A stretch of DNA of 64,000 nucleotides from a virus (taxonomy: Duplodnaviria > Caudoviricetes): IMG/VR virus record IMGVR_UViG_3300031420_000495, positions 160,001-224,000 of that record. The stretch is one strand, 5' to 3'. The translations under genes were made by a program, and so were the position numbers. Positions 31,214 to 40,836 of the stretch are shown here, in pieces (within the stretch, counting starts at the first letter, position 1; the number at the start of each line of letters is the position of its first letter). The notes under the pieces were generated by a model. That model was not told the DNA's origin and ran no database searches. It saw only the letters and a program-made list of their open reading frames with translations.

Positions 31214-32215
31214 TCACGTGATGATGAAGTCGTCGATGATAACGTCGAGATAATCTCGCGCTGCTTGCCTTGCGTCTTCACGAGTCCGCCACGAAGTCGG
31301 ATCGAGTTTGGCCAGCGACGGAATGGCATACTCGAACGGCGCTTCGGAATCCGGGTTGTGATGGATTTCCACTTCGTACCCGCGGTACGAGAAGGTTCGT
31401 ACACCATCAAACTTCTGGTTATACTTCTTCTCCTTGAAGAGGAAACTTACCGGGTCCTTCAGTGTCGCGAGGTTGATGTCGTGCGACACGATTTCCGAAC
31501 GTTGCACCGGACCTTTCGGACGATGCTTCTCGGGAATCTTCGCCAACTCAGCTTCGGACAGCTCACGGTCGACCAGCAGACGACGTGCAAACGTTCCGCG
31601 CTTGAAGAAGTACGGGTACGCCTCGAAGTTGACGCCTTTGTCCAGCATCATTTGACGAAGCTGCAGACCGTTCTTTCCGTTCAGCTGCTTCTGCGAATAC
31701 AGAGCTTGCGCGCCCATCGACACCGCGTTCTTCGTCGCGTCTTGTTGACGCCACAACAGAACGTGATATGCTTCTTGCAAGTTCGGCACGACGTATGCAC
31801 GTGCATCGAAGCACGGCAACAGATGAGCCTTCTGTGGCAGGTAGCCGGCGAGGTTCTTGTTGAACACGGCCGTGGCATACGATGCCGTCAGCGTCTCGAT
31901 CTTCTGGAAGCGGCCGTCGAAAACGAGTTCCGACTTGCTGTCTGGTTCGCTGGTGAAGATCAGCGTGATTTCGTCCGACTGCGTGTAGCCGATGTCGCAA
32001 TGGAAACGCTCGACCAACGCCGACATCGTAAGGATCATCAGCTCCGACAGGTCCACGTCGTATGGGCGTTTCAGACCTTTCGTGAACGTGTGGAAGTTAT
32101 TGCCATCCAAACGCACGATGAGAGGTTGGCCTTTGAAAGCCCTGCGTGAAGTTGAAGGCGCTTCGTACGCCTTCATGCGATCGCCGATTTGTGTCTTGTC
32201 AGTGCGGTCCGTCAT
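31214..32215 (-). CDS. thg1: tRNA(His) guanylyltransferase Thg1-like protein
   Basis: RMKAYE, VRLDGNNFHTFT, YTQSDEITL, CFDAR, WRQQDATKN. Confidence 0.92.
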   Translation of the reverse strand: MTDRTDKTQIGDRMKAYEAPSTSRRAFKGQPLIVRLDGNNFHTFTKGLKRPYDVDLSELMILTMSALVERFHCDIGYTQSDEITLIFTSEPDSKSELVFDGRFQKIETLTASYATAVFNKNLAGYLPQKAHLLPCFDARAYVVPNLQEAYHVLLWRQQDATKNAVSMGAQALYSQKQLNGKNGLQLRQMMLDKGVNFEAYPYFFKRGTFARRLLVDRELSEAELAKIPEKHRPKGPVQRSEIVSHDINLATLKDPVSFLFKEKKYNQKFDGVRTFSYRGYEVEIHHNPDSEAPFEYAIPSLAKLDPTSWRTREDARQAARDYLDVIIDDFIIT

Positions 32216-32477
32216 AGTCAGTTTCCGTTGGTGGGTTGCGACGCTCGCTGTTGCGAGCGTCGTTACAGTCGCTGATGTATTGCTCCAGCGTAGTGATGCG
32301 CAGAATGAATGCGGCAATCACGAATTCGGTGAGGGCAGTATGCCATTGACGATTCAGCAAGGCCATGACCATGTTGAAAAGCGTCATACCCATGATGATC
32401 CTCCAAATCCAAAGCATTGTTTGGTCTTGGTGATATGTGCTCAGATAACGGTTGAGCGACCTGCGCACTTTTGTCAT
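32199..32477 (-). CDS. membrane hypothetical protein
   Basis: Two hydrophobic segments. Confidence 0.55.
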   Translation of the reverse strand: MTKVRRSLNRYLSTYHQDQTMLWIWRIIMGMTLFNMVMALLNRQWHTALTEFVIAAFILRITTLEQYISDCNDARNSERRNPPTETDYDGPH

Positions 32478-32668
32478 GATTTCTTTTCGTTGATTTTTGC
32501 AACTTGTTCGTCATGACGATTGACCATGCCGCGCAGCAGGTCAGCCGCGTCGTACATGCCAAACTTCACAGCGATCCGTTCGAGGTCGCGCAGCTGGTCC
32601 ATCGTGCCGTCTTGACGTTGTGCAAAGGCCGGCAGACCCTTCAGTGCTTTTGAGATTTTATCGTCCAT
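32474..32668 (-). CDS. hypothetical protein
   Basis: ORF with RBS. Confidence 0.65.
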   Translation of the reverse strand: MDDKISKALKGLPAFAQRQDGTMDQLRDLERIAVKFGMYDAADLLRGMVNRHDEQVAKINEKKS

Positions 32669-32770
32669 GTGTTTCTCCTACATAAATGGCCAGGGATCGA
32701 ATTCTCGAAGCGACCATCAGTTCTTCAATGAGTCGATTATATCACGTTTTGTAACTTCGTGTAAACAACT

Positions 32771-33376
32771 TCATTCAATTACGTGTACATTAAACCACCG
32801 CTCATTGTGAAGCATGCGATCGTATTTTCCACGATGCTTGCAGAAGTACGATGCAAAGTCTCGACCCTGCGATTCGAATTCTTCTTCTACCAGTTTGACC
32901 TGATCGACGCGGCCGCGGAATTGGATATTCACTTCGACGTCGTATTGGCTGTATGTCCCATCGTAGTATTTGATGTTTGGCGTTTCGAATACATCGCAGA
33001 TTTCCAATGACAAGAACTTGGAATTCATGTATGGCGTGGCATTGTAAAGTTTGTCAACAATGTGCTTGCCAATATATTCGAGATGCCTAGCATCGTCTTC
33101 GTTGTTGTAAAACTCCAACGTTCCTTCTTGGCCTTCTGGCCAAGCATGAAAACCGAACGTCACATCGATGACTCCGTAACCCATCATTTCGAGAATGATT
33201 TCTTGGATGTCATCGTCTTCGCCGATTTCCTCGATGTACTTCGTTCCGTTCTTGAGATGCACTTCGAGTTGATCGTGTGCAATCTCGCGAACGAGTTGTA
33301 TTGGGTCAGTAGGCTTTGACGAGCTGACAACCAGCAAGCCGCGCGACTTGCGAATGACAATTGGATCGTCGATCAT
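32771..33376 (-). CDS. hypothetical protein
   Basis: ORF. Confidence 0.65.
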   Translation of the reverse strand: MIDDPIVIRKSRGLLVVSSSKPTDPIQLVREIAHDQLEVHLKNGTKYIEEIGEDDDIQEIILEMMGYGVIDVTFGFHAWPEGQEGTLEFYNNEDDARHLEYIGKHIVDKLYNATPYMNSKFLSLEICDVFETPNIKYYDGTYSQYDVEVNIQFRGRVDQVKLVEEEFESQGRDFASYFCKHRGKYDRMLHNERWFNVHVIE

Positions 33377-33435
33377 TGTTGTTTCTCCATGAAAAAAGGA
33401 GACCGAAGTCTCCTTTATATTCTACCCCGAAGGGA

Positions 33436-35058
33436 TTAGAAGTTCGCGATGATCTGCGGTGCGGCCGAGTCGAAACCGGCGATGTCCAGCATACCGCCGT
33501 CTTTCGGATCAGCGATCGTGAACTGCGTGACCGACGTACCGATCACAACCGACTTCGCATTCTTGTTCACGTTCGCGCGGTACTTTGCGAGAGCCTGAAC
33601 AGGCGACTGACGACCCGAGTTGGTTTCGTTGTCGGTGATGATGACGAACTTGTCGACTTTGTACTTGTGCGCCGCAGCGTACTCGTAGGTCTTCGCGCAG
33701 TCGGTGCTGCCGCCGTTCCAGTTCGCTTTTTCCATCACGTTCAGCACTGCGTCGAGACGCATGCTTGGCGAGATTTTCAGTTCCACGAGGTCTTGCTTGA
33801 AACCAACCACGTGGCTGTTCGGCTGATTGCGAATCACGCCCATTGCCATACATGCCGCAACTTCCGCTGCGTTCAGGTTTGGCGAGCCGTTCACGTTCGA
33901 ACCCCACATCGAGCCGGAGATGTCGACACCTACGAGGTAGTTGTCGTCAGTCTTTTCGGCTGCGGCGAATGCAGCGTAGAACGCGTCATCCAGTGCGGTA
34001 ATGATGCGCTGATCCGGAGTCCAGACCAACGAACCACGCTCACCATGGCCGGCCTTGTACTGCTTCATTGCCTGCAGGATCGTGATTGGGTGCACGCGAC
34101 CACGACGAATTGCTTCGACGTCGGTCAGCTTTGCGACAGCCAGCTTCGAGCCTTCGGACAGCGGGCCGAATACACCGTGTGCGGACAGCGAACCCAGTTT
34201 ACGGATCAGGGCTGTCATACCCATGTTGCGGACCAGAGCCAGCAACACGTCTTTGTCTTTCAGGAACTGGGTCGGCACCATTTCCCAGGTCAGCAGGTCG
34301 GAACCTTCGATCAGACGCAGAACGTCTTTCTTGTCGGTTGCGCGCTTCAGGTACTCGAAGTCAACGAGGACTTGCGGTACTTCTGCGCCTTCTGGCAGCT
34401 CACCTTTTACGGAGTAGCGGAACAGGTTGGACTGCTGGTCGGACGATGGCTTCACGTGCGCGAGACGCAGAACGTCGCGGTGTGCCCAGCCGTTACGCTG
34501 TTGGTACTTCAGCATCTGCACTGCCAGCTTGTCGATCGTCTTGCCGGTGTACCATGCGGCAACACCACGCTTTGCTGCAGCGTTCCACTTGCCCAGCGCG
34601 TCCAACATCGACACGAACAGGAACAGGTGGGTACCGGTACGGCAGACCTTTGGCAGGGCTTCGTACGCAGCAGCGACGGTTTCGGCATTGCCGAAGACAG
34701 CAGCCAGCGCGAGCGCCACGACTGCTGGATCGTTCTTCGGAGCGCGGCCGGCGAGCGAGTATTCGACGATGCGGTTGACCACGCGCAGACCGTCTTCTTT
34801 GATGCAACGCTTGATCACATCGAAGGACATCTTCGTGGTTTCTTTCGCGCCGACGTAGTAGCCAGCGGATTCCGAACCGATCATGAGGAATCGGTCAAAC
34901 ACGCCGAAATGATCGAGCGTGAACGTGAAGGCACCGCTGTTGTTCCGCTTCATCTCTGCTTCACGGCCTGGGACCGGAGCTTGCAGTGGTGGAGTGGAAG
35001 TCTTCGCCATGTTGGTCGAAGATGCGTTTGCGAGGTCGGTGTAGATGGATGACGACAT
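33436..35058 (-). CDS. rsr: Ro60/Rsr TROVE-domain RNA-binding protein
   Basis: NNSGAFTF, RFLMIGSE.GYYV, KYQQRNGWAHRDVLRLAH, vWA DISGSM, GGSTDC, ITDNET. Confidence 0.93.
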   Translation of the reverse strand: MSSSIYTDLANASSTNMAKTSTPPLQAPVPGREAEMKRNNSGAFTFTLDHFGVFDRFLMIGSESAGYYVGAKETTKMSFDVIKRCIKEDGLRVVNRIVEYSLAGRAPKNDPAVVALALAAVFGNAETVAAAYEALPKVCRTGTHLFLFVSMLDALGKWNAAAKRGVAAWYTGKTIDKLAVQMLKYQQRNGWAHRDVLRLAHVKPSSDQQSNLFRYSVKGELPEGAEVPQVLVDFEYLKRATDKKDVLRLIEGSDLLTWEMVPTQFLKDKDVLLALVRNMGMTALIRKLGSLSAHGVFGPLSEGSKLAVAKLTDVEAIRRGRVHPITILQAMKQYKAGHGERGSLVWTPDQRIITALDDAFYAAFAAAEKTDDNYLVGVDISGSMWGSNVNGSPNLNAAEVAACMAMGVIRNQPNSHVVGFKQDLVELKISPSMRLDAVLNVMEKANWNGGSTDCAKTYEYAAAHKYKVDKFVIITDNETNSGRQSPVQALAKYRANVNKNAKSVVIGTSVTQFTIADPKDGGMLDIAGFDSAAPQIIANF

Positions 35059-35115
35059 GTGTATTTCCTTCACGATAATTTATACGGCTGCACGCGCAGC
35101 AAAGAGCAACAACTC

Positions 35116-35401
35116 ACTGAGAAACAAAATTGCAATCGAGAATTTCAGCGTGTCAAAGTTTGATCTGCCTCCAATTACGGTCAGCAGCAGTGAACGCCTA
35201 CTCCGCATGAATAGCATGCAGTAACTATCAGAGTTTCTATCTCTGCAATATCAAGTTTCAGGCACTTGCAAATTGCCGTATACCGCATACGGCGACGTCT
35301 GTTACTTCTGGCTTGTCTTTCTAACTCGCGTTAAAAGAACAGAGAGCTTTTAGTTTTCAGTTTACGATTAAAGGATAATCGATACGCGGCGGTTTCTCAG
35401 T
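35116..35401 (-). ncRNA. long (286 nt) Y-RNA-like RNA candidate
   Basis: Ends pair (ACUGAGAAAC/GUUUCUCAGU), bulged C, upper stem AUCGA/UCGAU followed by UUAUCC; next to rsr. Confidence 0.55.
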
Positions 35402-35423
35402 TTGTTGAAGTTATGACCTAGTG

Positions 35424-35508
35424 AAAAGAGCGACAAAGATACAGGAACGGATTTCAATTGGGCGTCCGAAGACAATAATGGAGATAACCGTAAACCTTTC
35501 GGTCGCTT
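35424..35508 (-). ncRNA. Y RNA candidate
   Basis: AGCGAC-C-GAAAGGUUUACGG-UUAUCUC...CCGU...CUUUGUCGCU-CUUUU; next to rsr. Confidence 0.75.
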
Positions 35509-35772
35509 AGTTCATTGTGGGCTTTATGATATTGCCCACTCGATTCGCTACAGTTTCTGCTGCAGCATCAATCTATATATGCATTATACAACGTGTTTTT
35601 GAACTTTTGGAACTTTATTTTTGTTCAACCGGTTTGACTGGTTCGAACAGATGGCCATCGCCATCAGGTGCAGAACATGGACCGGTGCGCGAGACACTAT
35701 CACACCAAATACATTTCCACACCAGCTTTGCGCGTTCGTCATCAGTCAGTGCAGACATTCAACGACGATCGC

Positions 35773-36351
35773 TCATTTCGCAGTTTCCTTTGCGTACAAG
35801 ATATTCTCGACACAAGCGAAGATCATACCAGGAATTTCGGGGATTTGTGCGATTCCGTTGACAATATTTGCGGGACCGTAGTACGTCATCTCGTCCGGCG
35901 TGTCGTGCTTAGGCTGCTGCACGATGATGAACTGGTAGATGTCTTTGTCACGGTACGAACCGATGACGGGTCCGGTGTCGACGACTTTCACGACTTCGAT
36001 GCCAGCTGCTTTCAAAGTCTCCATTATTTCTTCGGTCGGAATTTCTTCGCCGGCAGCTTGACGTTCGGCAATTTTCGCAACAGCTTCCAGCCGAGCGCGA
36101 TCGTATTCTTCCGCTTTGTTGATGCGATCTGCTTCAGCAATCTCTTCCGGCGGAATCGTGGACGCCAGAATGTTGACGGTGACGAACAGGCATATCGCGT
36201 AGCTGATGAACCCGAATGGAATCAGCAGCAACCATGCGAGCGGAACCAGATACGTACCTGCCCACCATCCAGCTGCGAACATGATTACCCACCATGCAAT
36301 CTTGCAGCGACGAAGAGCCTTCTTCAGACGCTTGTCCATTTTCTCAGTCAT
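35773..36351 (-). CDS. membrane hypothetical protein
   Basis: N-terminal TM segments. Confidence 0.65.
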   Translation of the reverse strand: MTEKMDKRLKKALRRCKIAWWVIMFAAGWWAGTYLVPLAWLLLIPFGFISYAICLFVTVNILASTIPPEEIAEADRINKAEEYDRARLEAVAKIAERQAAGEEIPTEEIMETLKAAGIEVVKVVDTGPVIGSYRDKDIYQFIIVQQPKHDTPDEMTYYGPANIVNGIAQIPEIPGMIFACVENILYAKETAK

Positions 36352-36384
36352 GTTCTTCTCCCAAATAGAATTCATTGTACCATG

Positions 36385-36409
36385 AAAAAAGGACCCGAAG
36401 GTCCTTTTT
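36385..36409 (-). terminator. intrinsic terminator
   Basis: AAAAAAGGACC-CGAA-GGTCCTTTTT. Confidence 0.8.
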
Positions 36410-36443
36410 CTTATTTGTCAGCTAATGCTATTATTTCTGCGTT
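36406..36443. repeat. 38-bp exact direct repeat, copy 2
   Basis: Identical to 23893-23930. Confidence 0.9.
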
Positions 36444-37380
36444 ATGCTAACTTCTCGATGAGCATGTCTGCGTACAGTTCAACATAGCCACCGTTAGTCG
36501 GAGCGTGAAGTGTCGTCGTATATGGATATGTCGGCGAGCCAGCCACGGTATATTTGAAATCGATTCCAACAACTGCCCCTCCAGCTGGAACCGTAAATTC
36601 TCCGCGTGCATGATACGTCGGTGCACCTGTAGCTGGCGACCCATTCGATTTAGCCGAAACACTGTAGGCAAGTGCTTTTCCACTCGTGGAGTCAAATACC
36701 CGCATACCGGTAGAAGCGGGTACCAATGCACCGCTTGCGACGCTAACACGATAAGTTCCTTGAGGAAGTGTGACTGCGTTGTTGGTTAATGCAGCACCCT
36801 CAATTGTGTTTCCAACCACGGTCTGAAGTTCTTGCCTTACGTCTACTGGTCCCGTAGGTGCTGAAGCCAACGTAAAGCTTTGACCTGAAACTCCAACAGC
36901 ACGCAAGTCTTGTACATGGATGTACGGCAACGCGGCCGATGCACTCGAACCGCTACCGGTCGAAACCCCGCTGATGGCGAAGTCATCCAGGAACAGAACA
37001 CGGGCGAAGCCGCGTTGGAAACTGTTGAACTGGATCGTGATGGTGTTCTCGTCGTTGACCGTGATTGCATCTGGGAAAATGACGCTGTTGTTTTCGTCGA
37101 ACGCCTGGACGATGACATCTTCAGAACCCAGGTTGTGATTCAGTACCCAGGTCGTCGATGCTTCGGTCACTTCCAATACCGCTTTGCGATTACCAGTCAG
37201 TGTGATACCGGTCAGCTGCCCGTTGGACAACGCCAACACTTGACCTTCGCCAAGTGTGATCGCATCGAACTGACGTGGACCTGCACCGCGACGGATGATG
37301 ATCGTTTCTTGTGCTGGGTCTTTATCCAGGTAGCCACGTTTTGGTAATTCTACCTGGACGAAATCTTCAAATGCGCTCAT
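36442..37380 (-). CDS. putative virion structural protein
   Basis: Beta-rich, WVLNHNLG..VQAFD motif; follows the TAAATA-driven gene. Confidence 0.55.
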   Translation of the reverse strand: MSAFEDFVQVELPKRGYLDKDPAQETIIIRRGAGPRQFDAITLGEGQVLALSNGQLTGITLTGNRKAVLEVTEASTTWVLNHNLGSEDVIVQAFDENNSVIFPDAITVNDENTITIQFNSFQRGFARVLFLDDFAISGVSTGSGSSASAALPYIHVQDLRAVGVSGQSFTLASAPTGPVDVRQELQTVVGNTIEGAALTNNAVTLPQGTYRVSVASGALVPASTGMRVFDSTSGKALAYSVSAKSNGSPATGAPTYHARGEFTVPAGGAVVGIDFKYTVAGSPTYPYTTTLHAPTNGGYVELYADMLIEKLA

Positions 37381-39035
37381 TATGCGACCTCCTCAATTTC
37401 AACTTGCAAGGTGCCGGTCGTATTCGATCCTGCAAACTCTTTGTCAGTCAGGAACAGATATGCTCCGTTCGGGTTGTATGTGCCGTCAGCATCTGTGATC
37501 GTGAAACCAGCAAAGAACTGACTTGTGTCAGTGCGACTTGTCAGTGTGGACGAACCTGCGTACTTCGCGGTAACTTTCGTGAAGTCGCTGATCGGAGTTC
37601 CGATCGCTGCAACTTGAGAGAACGGTGCGAAGGTGAGGGTGCGACGCGCGAAACCACCAACAACGTATGCCGAGCCGGACGTAATGACATTGCCGGTAAC
37701 GTTTGCCAAGTTCTGGAGAACCAGCGTGTTGAATGTTTGTGGACCATCAACATCGGCGTCAGTGATACGCAGCACGCGGCTGTAAACACCTGCTGCGTTT
37801 GTCCATGCTCCTTGCCATGTTCCGCTCGATGCTACCAGTGTTGGTGGTGCATTCAGAATCTGGTTTGGTGTGATGCGAACAGTGTAGTCTGTTCCGCCTG
37901 GTGTCGAAGTCAAACGAGTTGGCGAACCGACGATTGTGATCGTTGCTGTTGGAGCGGTATCTGCGATCGCGACAGAAGCGGTTGCAACGGTTGATGCAGC
38001 GTTCGATGCCTTGGTTGCAGTGATTGTGTAGTTGGCAACTCCATTTACATAGCCGCCACCGATACGTGTGACCGTCTTCGTAGTTGCCATTGTGTTCGGA
38101 GCTGTAACAGCCAAGTCACCGGAAGTCGTGTAGACTGCAGTGTCTGCGTTTGTAATCGTTGCCGATACAGTTGCCGATTCTGTGCCTTTCAGCGCGGACT
38201 GAGTTGCTGGATACGTAATTGTGCGCGCACCAATTGTTGGGAACGTCTGATTCAGTACGATCGTGTTTGTCGATACTGTGTTTGCGCCGAATGTGCCGAG
38301 TGCATTGCGAGCACGAACTGTAACACTTTGCGCTCCGGAGTTTGTCGCGTGGACAGTGAACGTGCCGGTGAAAGTTTTGAATCCGTTGCCAGCCGAATCC
38401 GGTCCACCGAGTGCGAGCGACGTAACACTCTTCGATGCACCGCCAGCCACGACTTCAACGTATGTTGCAGCATTGGCAACTGTACCAGAAATGGTAACCA
38501 GATCGTTGTTCTTCGCTTCTGTCTGTGTTCCAGGCAAAGCACCGATAGTTGCAGTAGTGACAGCAGGTCCAACTTCAGCGACATAGATCAATGCTTGTGC
38601 AACTGCGCCAGTGCTTGATTTAGCGGTGACAACAGTGTTGACAGCAATGCCAGTCAGATCAACGGTTCCGCTGAAAAGACGTTTGTCGTATTGGTCTTCG
38701 GTAAGCGTGACGACGCGATCACCACCAGCTTGTGGAGGTACGGTCGTGACGGTAACGGTCGGGGAGTAGAAAGCGGAACCGCCTTCTGCCATGATGGTGA
38801 CGCGAACTGATTGCGTGTCGGAAGTTGCTGCGGTTACAACTCGATTGGCTGGAACAGTGTTTGGCTCATATTGCTTGTTGCCAACAATACCACCTGATGT
38901 TGGAGTAATGTCCGTGATGAACACGCCTCCCGTTGCTGCTTGGCTTGCCACAATCTGCTGATCCACATAATGCTTCGTTGCAATCTCTTGCGGAAGTAAT
39001 GGATCAGTTGTGACAGAGCTTTGATAAATCTTCAT
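37380..39035 (-). CDS. putative virion structural protein (Ig-like, T/A/G-rich)
   Basis: IATKHYVD fibre motif; TAAATA upstream. Confidence 0.65.
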   Translation of the reverse strand: MKIYQSSVTTDPLLPQEIATKHYVDQQIVASQAATGGVFITDITPTSGGIVGNKQYEPNTVPANRVVTAATSDTQSVRVTIMAEGGSAFYSPTVTVTTVPPQAGGDRVVTLTEDQYDKRLFSGTVDLTGIAVNTVVTAKSSTGAVAQALIYVAEVGPAVTTATIGALPGTQTEAKNNDLVTISGTVANAATYVEVVAGGASKSVTSLALGGPDSAGNGFKTFTGTFTVHATNSGAQSVTVRARNALGTFGANTVSTNTIVLNQTFPTIGARTITYPATQSALKGTESATVSATITNADTAVYTTSGDLAVTAPNTMATTKTVTRIGGGYVNGVANYTITATKASNAASTVATASVAIADTAPTATITIVGSPTRLTSTPGGTDYTVRITPNQILNAPPTLVASSGTWQGAWTNAAGVYSRVLRITDADVDGPQTFNTLVLQNLANVTGNVITSGSAYVVGGFARRTLTFAPFSQVAAIGTPISDFTKVTAKYAGSSTLTSRTDTSQFFAGFTITDADGTYNPNGAYLFLTDKEFAGSNTTGTLQVEIEEVA

Positions 39036-39107
39036 TGTGCTAGCTCCAATTTGATATGAGTACTTTCAAGAACTCACTATTTATGGAACTAGCACAAACA
39101 ACTTCAA

Positions 39108-39572
39108 TTACTTCTTGTGCTGTGAAACGAAGTGCGCCATGGAACGAGCCATCGTTTTGACCAGGGTCTTGTGCGGATCGCCTGGGATGATACGCGGCAA
39201 GGTCGAACCACGCAGACCACCACCGTATCCAGAACGGTCATTGATCTTGCCAGTTGCGAGGAAGTTGAACTTCTGTTTTCCGTTCGAGAAGACAAATGTG
39301 CCGTTGCGAATTGCAGCAGCGGAAGAAATGTCCTTGAAGCCGAGGTCAGTCAGCGCTTTGTATTCGCCAGTTGCTTTGATGTCGGCGCGTGCTGCTTTGA
39401 CAACATCGCTGGTGATTGGGTTCTTCATTCGCTTATTCATCTCAGCGATCCAGTCGTCAACACTGCCGACCAGCTTGCCGGTCTTTTCGCCGGCTGCAGA
39501 CTTGCGAGCAAGTGGTTGCGCGGCCGGTGCGTGATAACCTTTTGCTTCGCCAAGTAGTTCATGTACTTTCAT
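39108..39572 (-). CDS. hypothetical, MKVHELLGE N-terminus
   Basis: ORF with TAAATA upstream. Confidence 0.7.
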   Translation of the reverse strand: MKVHELLGEAKGYHAPAAQPLARKSAAGEKTGKLVGSVDDWIAEMNKRMKNPITSDVVKAARADIKATGEYKALTDLGFKDISSAAAIRNGTFVFSNGKQKFNFLATGKINDRSGYGGGLRGSTLPRIIPGDPHKTLVKTMARSMAHFVSQHKK

Positions 39573-39660
39573 TTGTTTCTCCGATGAGGGTTAATTCGTG
39601 CATGTATTTATGAAAAAGCCACCGCAAGCGGTGGCTTATAACTTCTCAGCTGTTTTCTAT

Positions 39661-40248
39661 CTACGCAGCTGCACGTAAGTCTTCCCATACACGGGAGTGT
39701 TCAGGCAAGAACGCCTTCAGGTATTCCATCTGGCAAGCTAACACGTTCCTGTTTTCTAGGATCAATGCTTCAGCGCGGTTCGGAGTGTACGGAACGTACA
39801 GCAACTTCATTCCGCATTCTTCCAGCAATTGGCAGTCCTTCTTGTGGTTGCAGCGTTCGCACGCGGTAACAACGTTTGTCCAGATGTCCTTACCACCTTT
39901 GGACGTCGGGATGACGTGGTCGCGGGTCAACTTCAAGTCCGAGAACGATTTTCCGCAGTATGCACACATGTGACGGTCACGACGGAACAGTTCGCGGTTC
40001 GTCAGCGATGGTGCCTTGTGCAGACGTTTCGCTGAAGCGTAACCCTTCACCGCAATGATCGGTGCTGTTTGAATTGTCGAGATACGTCCAGTCGCACGGT
40101 TTTCTCCGCCACGGAAGACGACGTCGCCTTCACCTTCGCCAAGCTGGTACGCGACCAGGTTCTTTGCGTGGTAGGTGATAGCGTCTTCGTACGAAATCCA
40201 CTTGTTCGGTTGACCCTGCGAGTCTAGTGATAATATTCTGCTACTCAT
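39661..40248 (-). CDS. HNH endonuclease
   Basis: CAYCG..TRDHVIPTSKGGKDIWTNVVTACERCNHKK. Confidence 0.92.
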   Translation of the reverse strand: MSSRILSLDSQGQPNKWISYEDAITYHAKNLVAYQLGEGEGDVVFRGGENRATGRISTIQTAPIIAVKGYASAKRLHKAPSLTNRELFRRDRHMCAYCGKSFSDLKLTRDHVIPTSKGGKDIWTNVVTACERCNHKKDCQLLEECGMKLLYVPYTPNRAEALILENRNVLACQMEYLKAFLPEHSRVWEDLRAAA

Positions 40249-40281
40249 GATTCTCTTTCCTTAAATGTTAACCTCTCATAT

Positions 40282-40746
40282 TTACGACACCGCCTCGTTA
40301 AGTATTTGTTCCTCCAACAGCTCGATATACTTTACGTGATCCTTCCTTCCGTCGACCCTGAACTCCTGGAGCGTCATCCAGAGAATATACTCTGTTTCAT
40401 CGCACCATTTACCGAAATCATATTTGTCGATGATTTCGCAAGAGAACAGCGTCAGGTCATACGCACCGGAGTGCAATACAACTCGTTCATCCGCGAGGTC
40501 CCTGATCGTGCCCTTACGAATGTTGCGGCGTTTTAGGCCGAGTTCTTCCTCGCCTTCTCGAAGCGCTGCATCGAGTGTACCTTCCATTGGTTCGATCTTA
40601 CCCTTCGAAATCATTGGCCTTGGGCCGCCGAACTTCGGATCAGAGCTTACCATAACAAGGTAACGTAATGTTGATCCATCGCGCATGTACGGAATTATTC
40701 CTGCGCGCGCCCGTTTTTCATAACCTGTTTCATCTGAATTGTGCAT
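40282..40746 (-). CDS. NUDIX hydrolase
   Basis: KGKIEPMEGTLDAALREGEEELG. Confidence 0.88.
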   Translation of the reverse strand: MHNSDETGYEKRARAGIIPYMRDGSTLRYLVMVSSDPKFGGPRPMISKGKIEPMEGTLDAALREGEEELGLKRRNIRKGTIRDLADERVVLHSGAYDLTLFSCEIIDKYDFGKWCDETEYILWMTLQEFRVDGRKDHVKYIELLEEQILNEAVS

Positions 40747-40836
40747 AGTGTGACCCTTCTACAACCGCTCCGTAAACGAAAAAGGGGTTTTGTCCGACGA
40801 ACAAAACCCCTCCGCGAAAACAGATATGAGGTCGTT

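Noticed and set aside
32684-32718. tRNA-like T-loop hairpin
   Set aside because: No D-arm or anticodon arm; only a local hairpin.
24260-35052. Long plus-strand ORFs (24260-25747, 27358-29331, 33361-35052)
   Set aside because: Antisense shadows of spoVR, prkA and rsr; no recognisable motifs.
35178-35288. 35-codon Cys-rich ORF inside the long Y-like RNA
   Set aside because: No RBS and the start codon is buried in a hairpin; a structural RNA reading fits better.
39661-40248. HNH as a mobile homing endonuclease
   Set aside because: Free-standing, no intron or insertion context, and has its own terminator; function unresolved.
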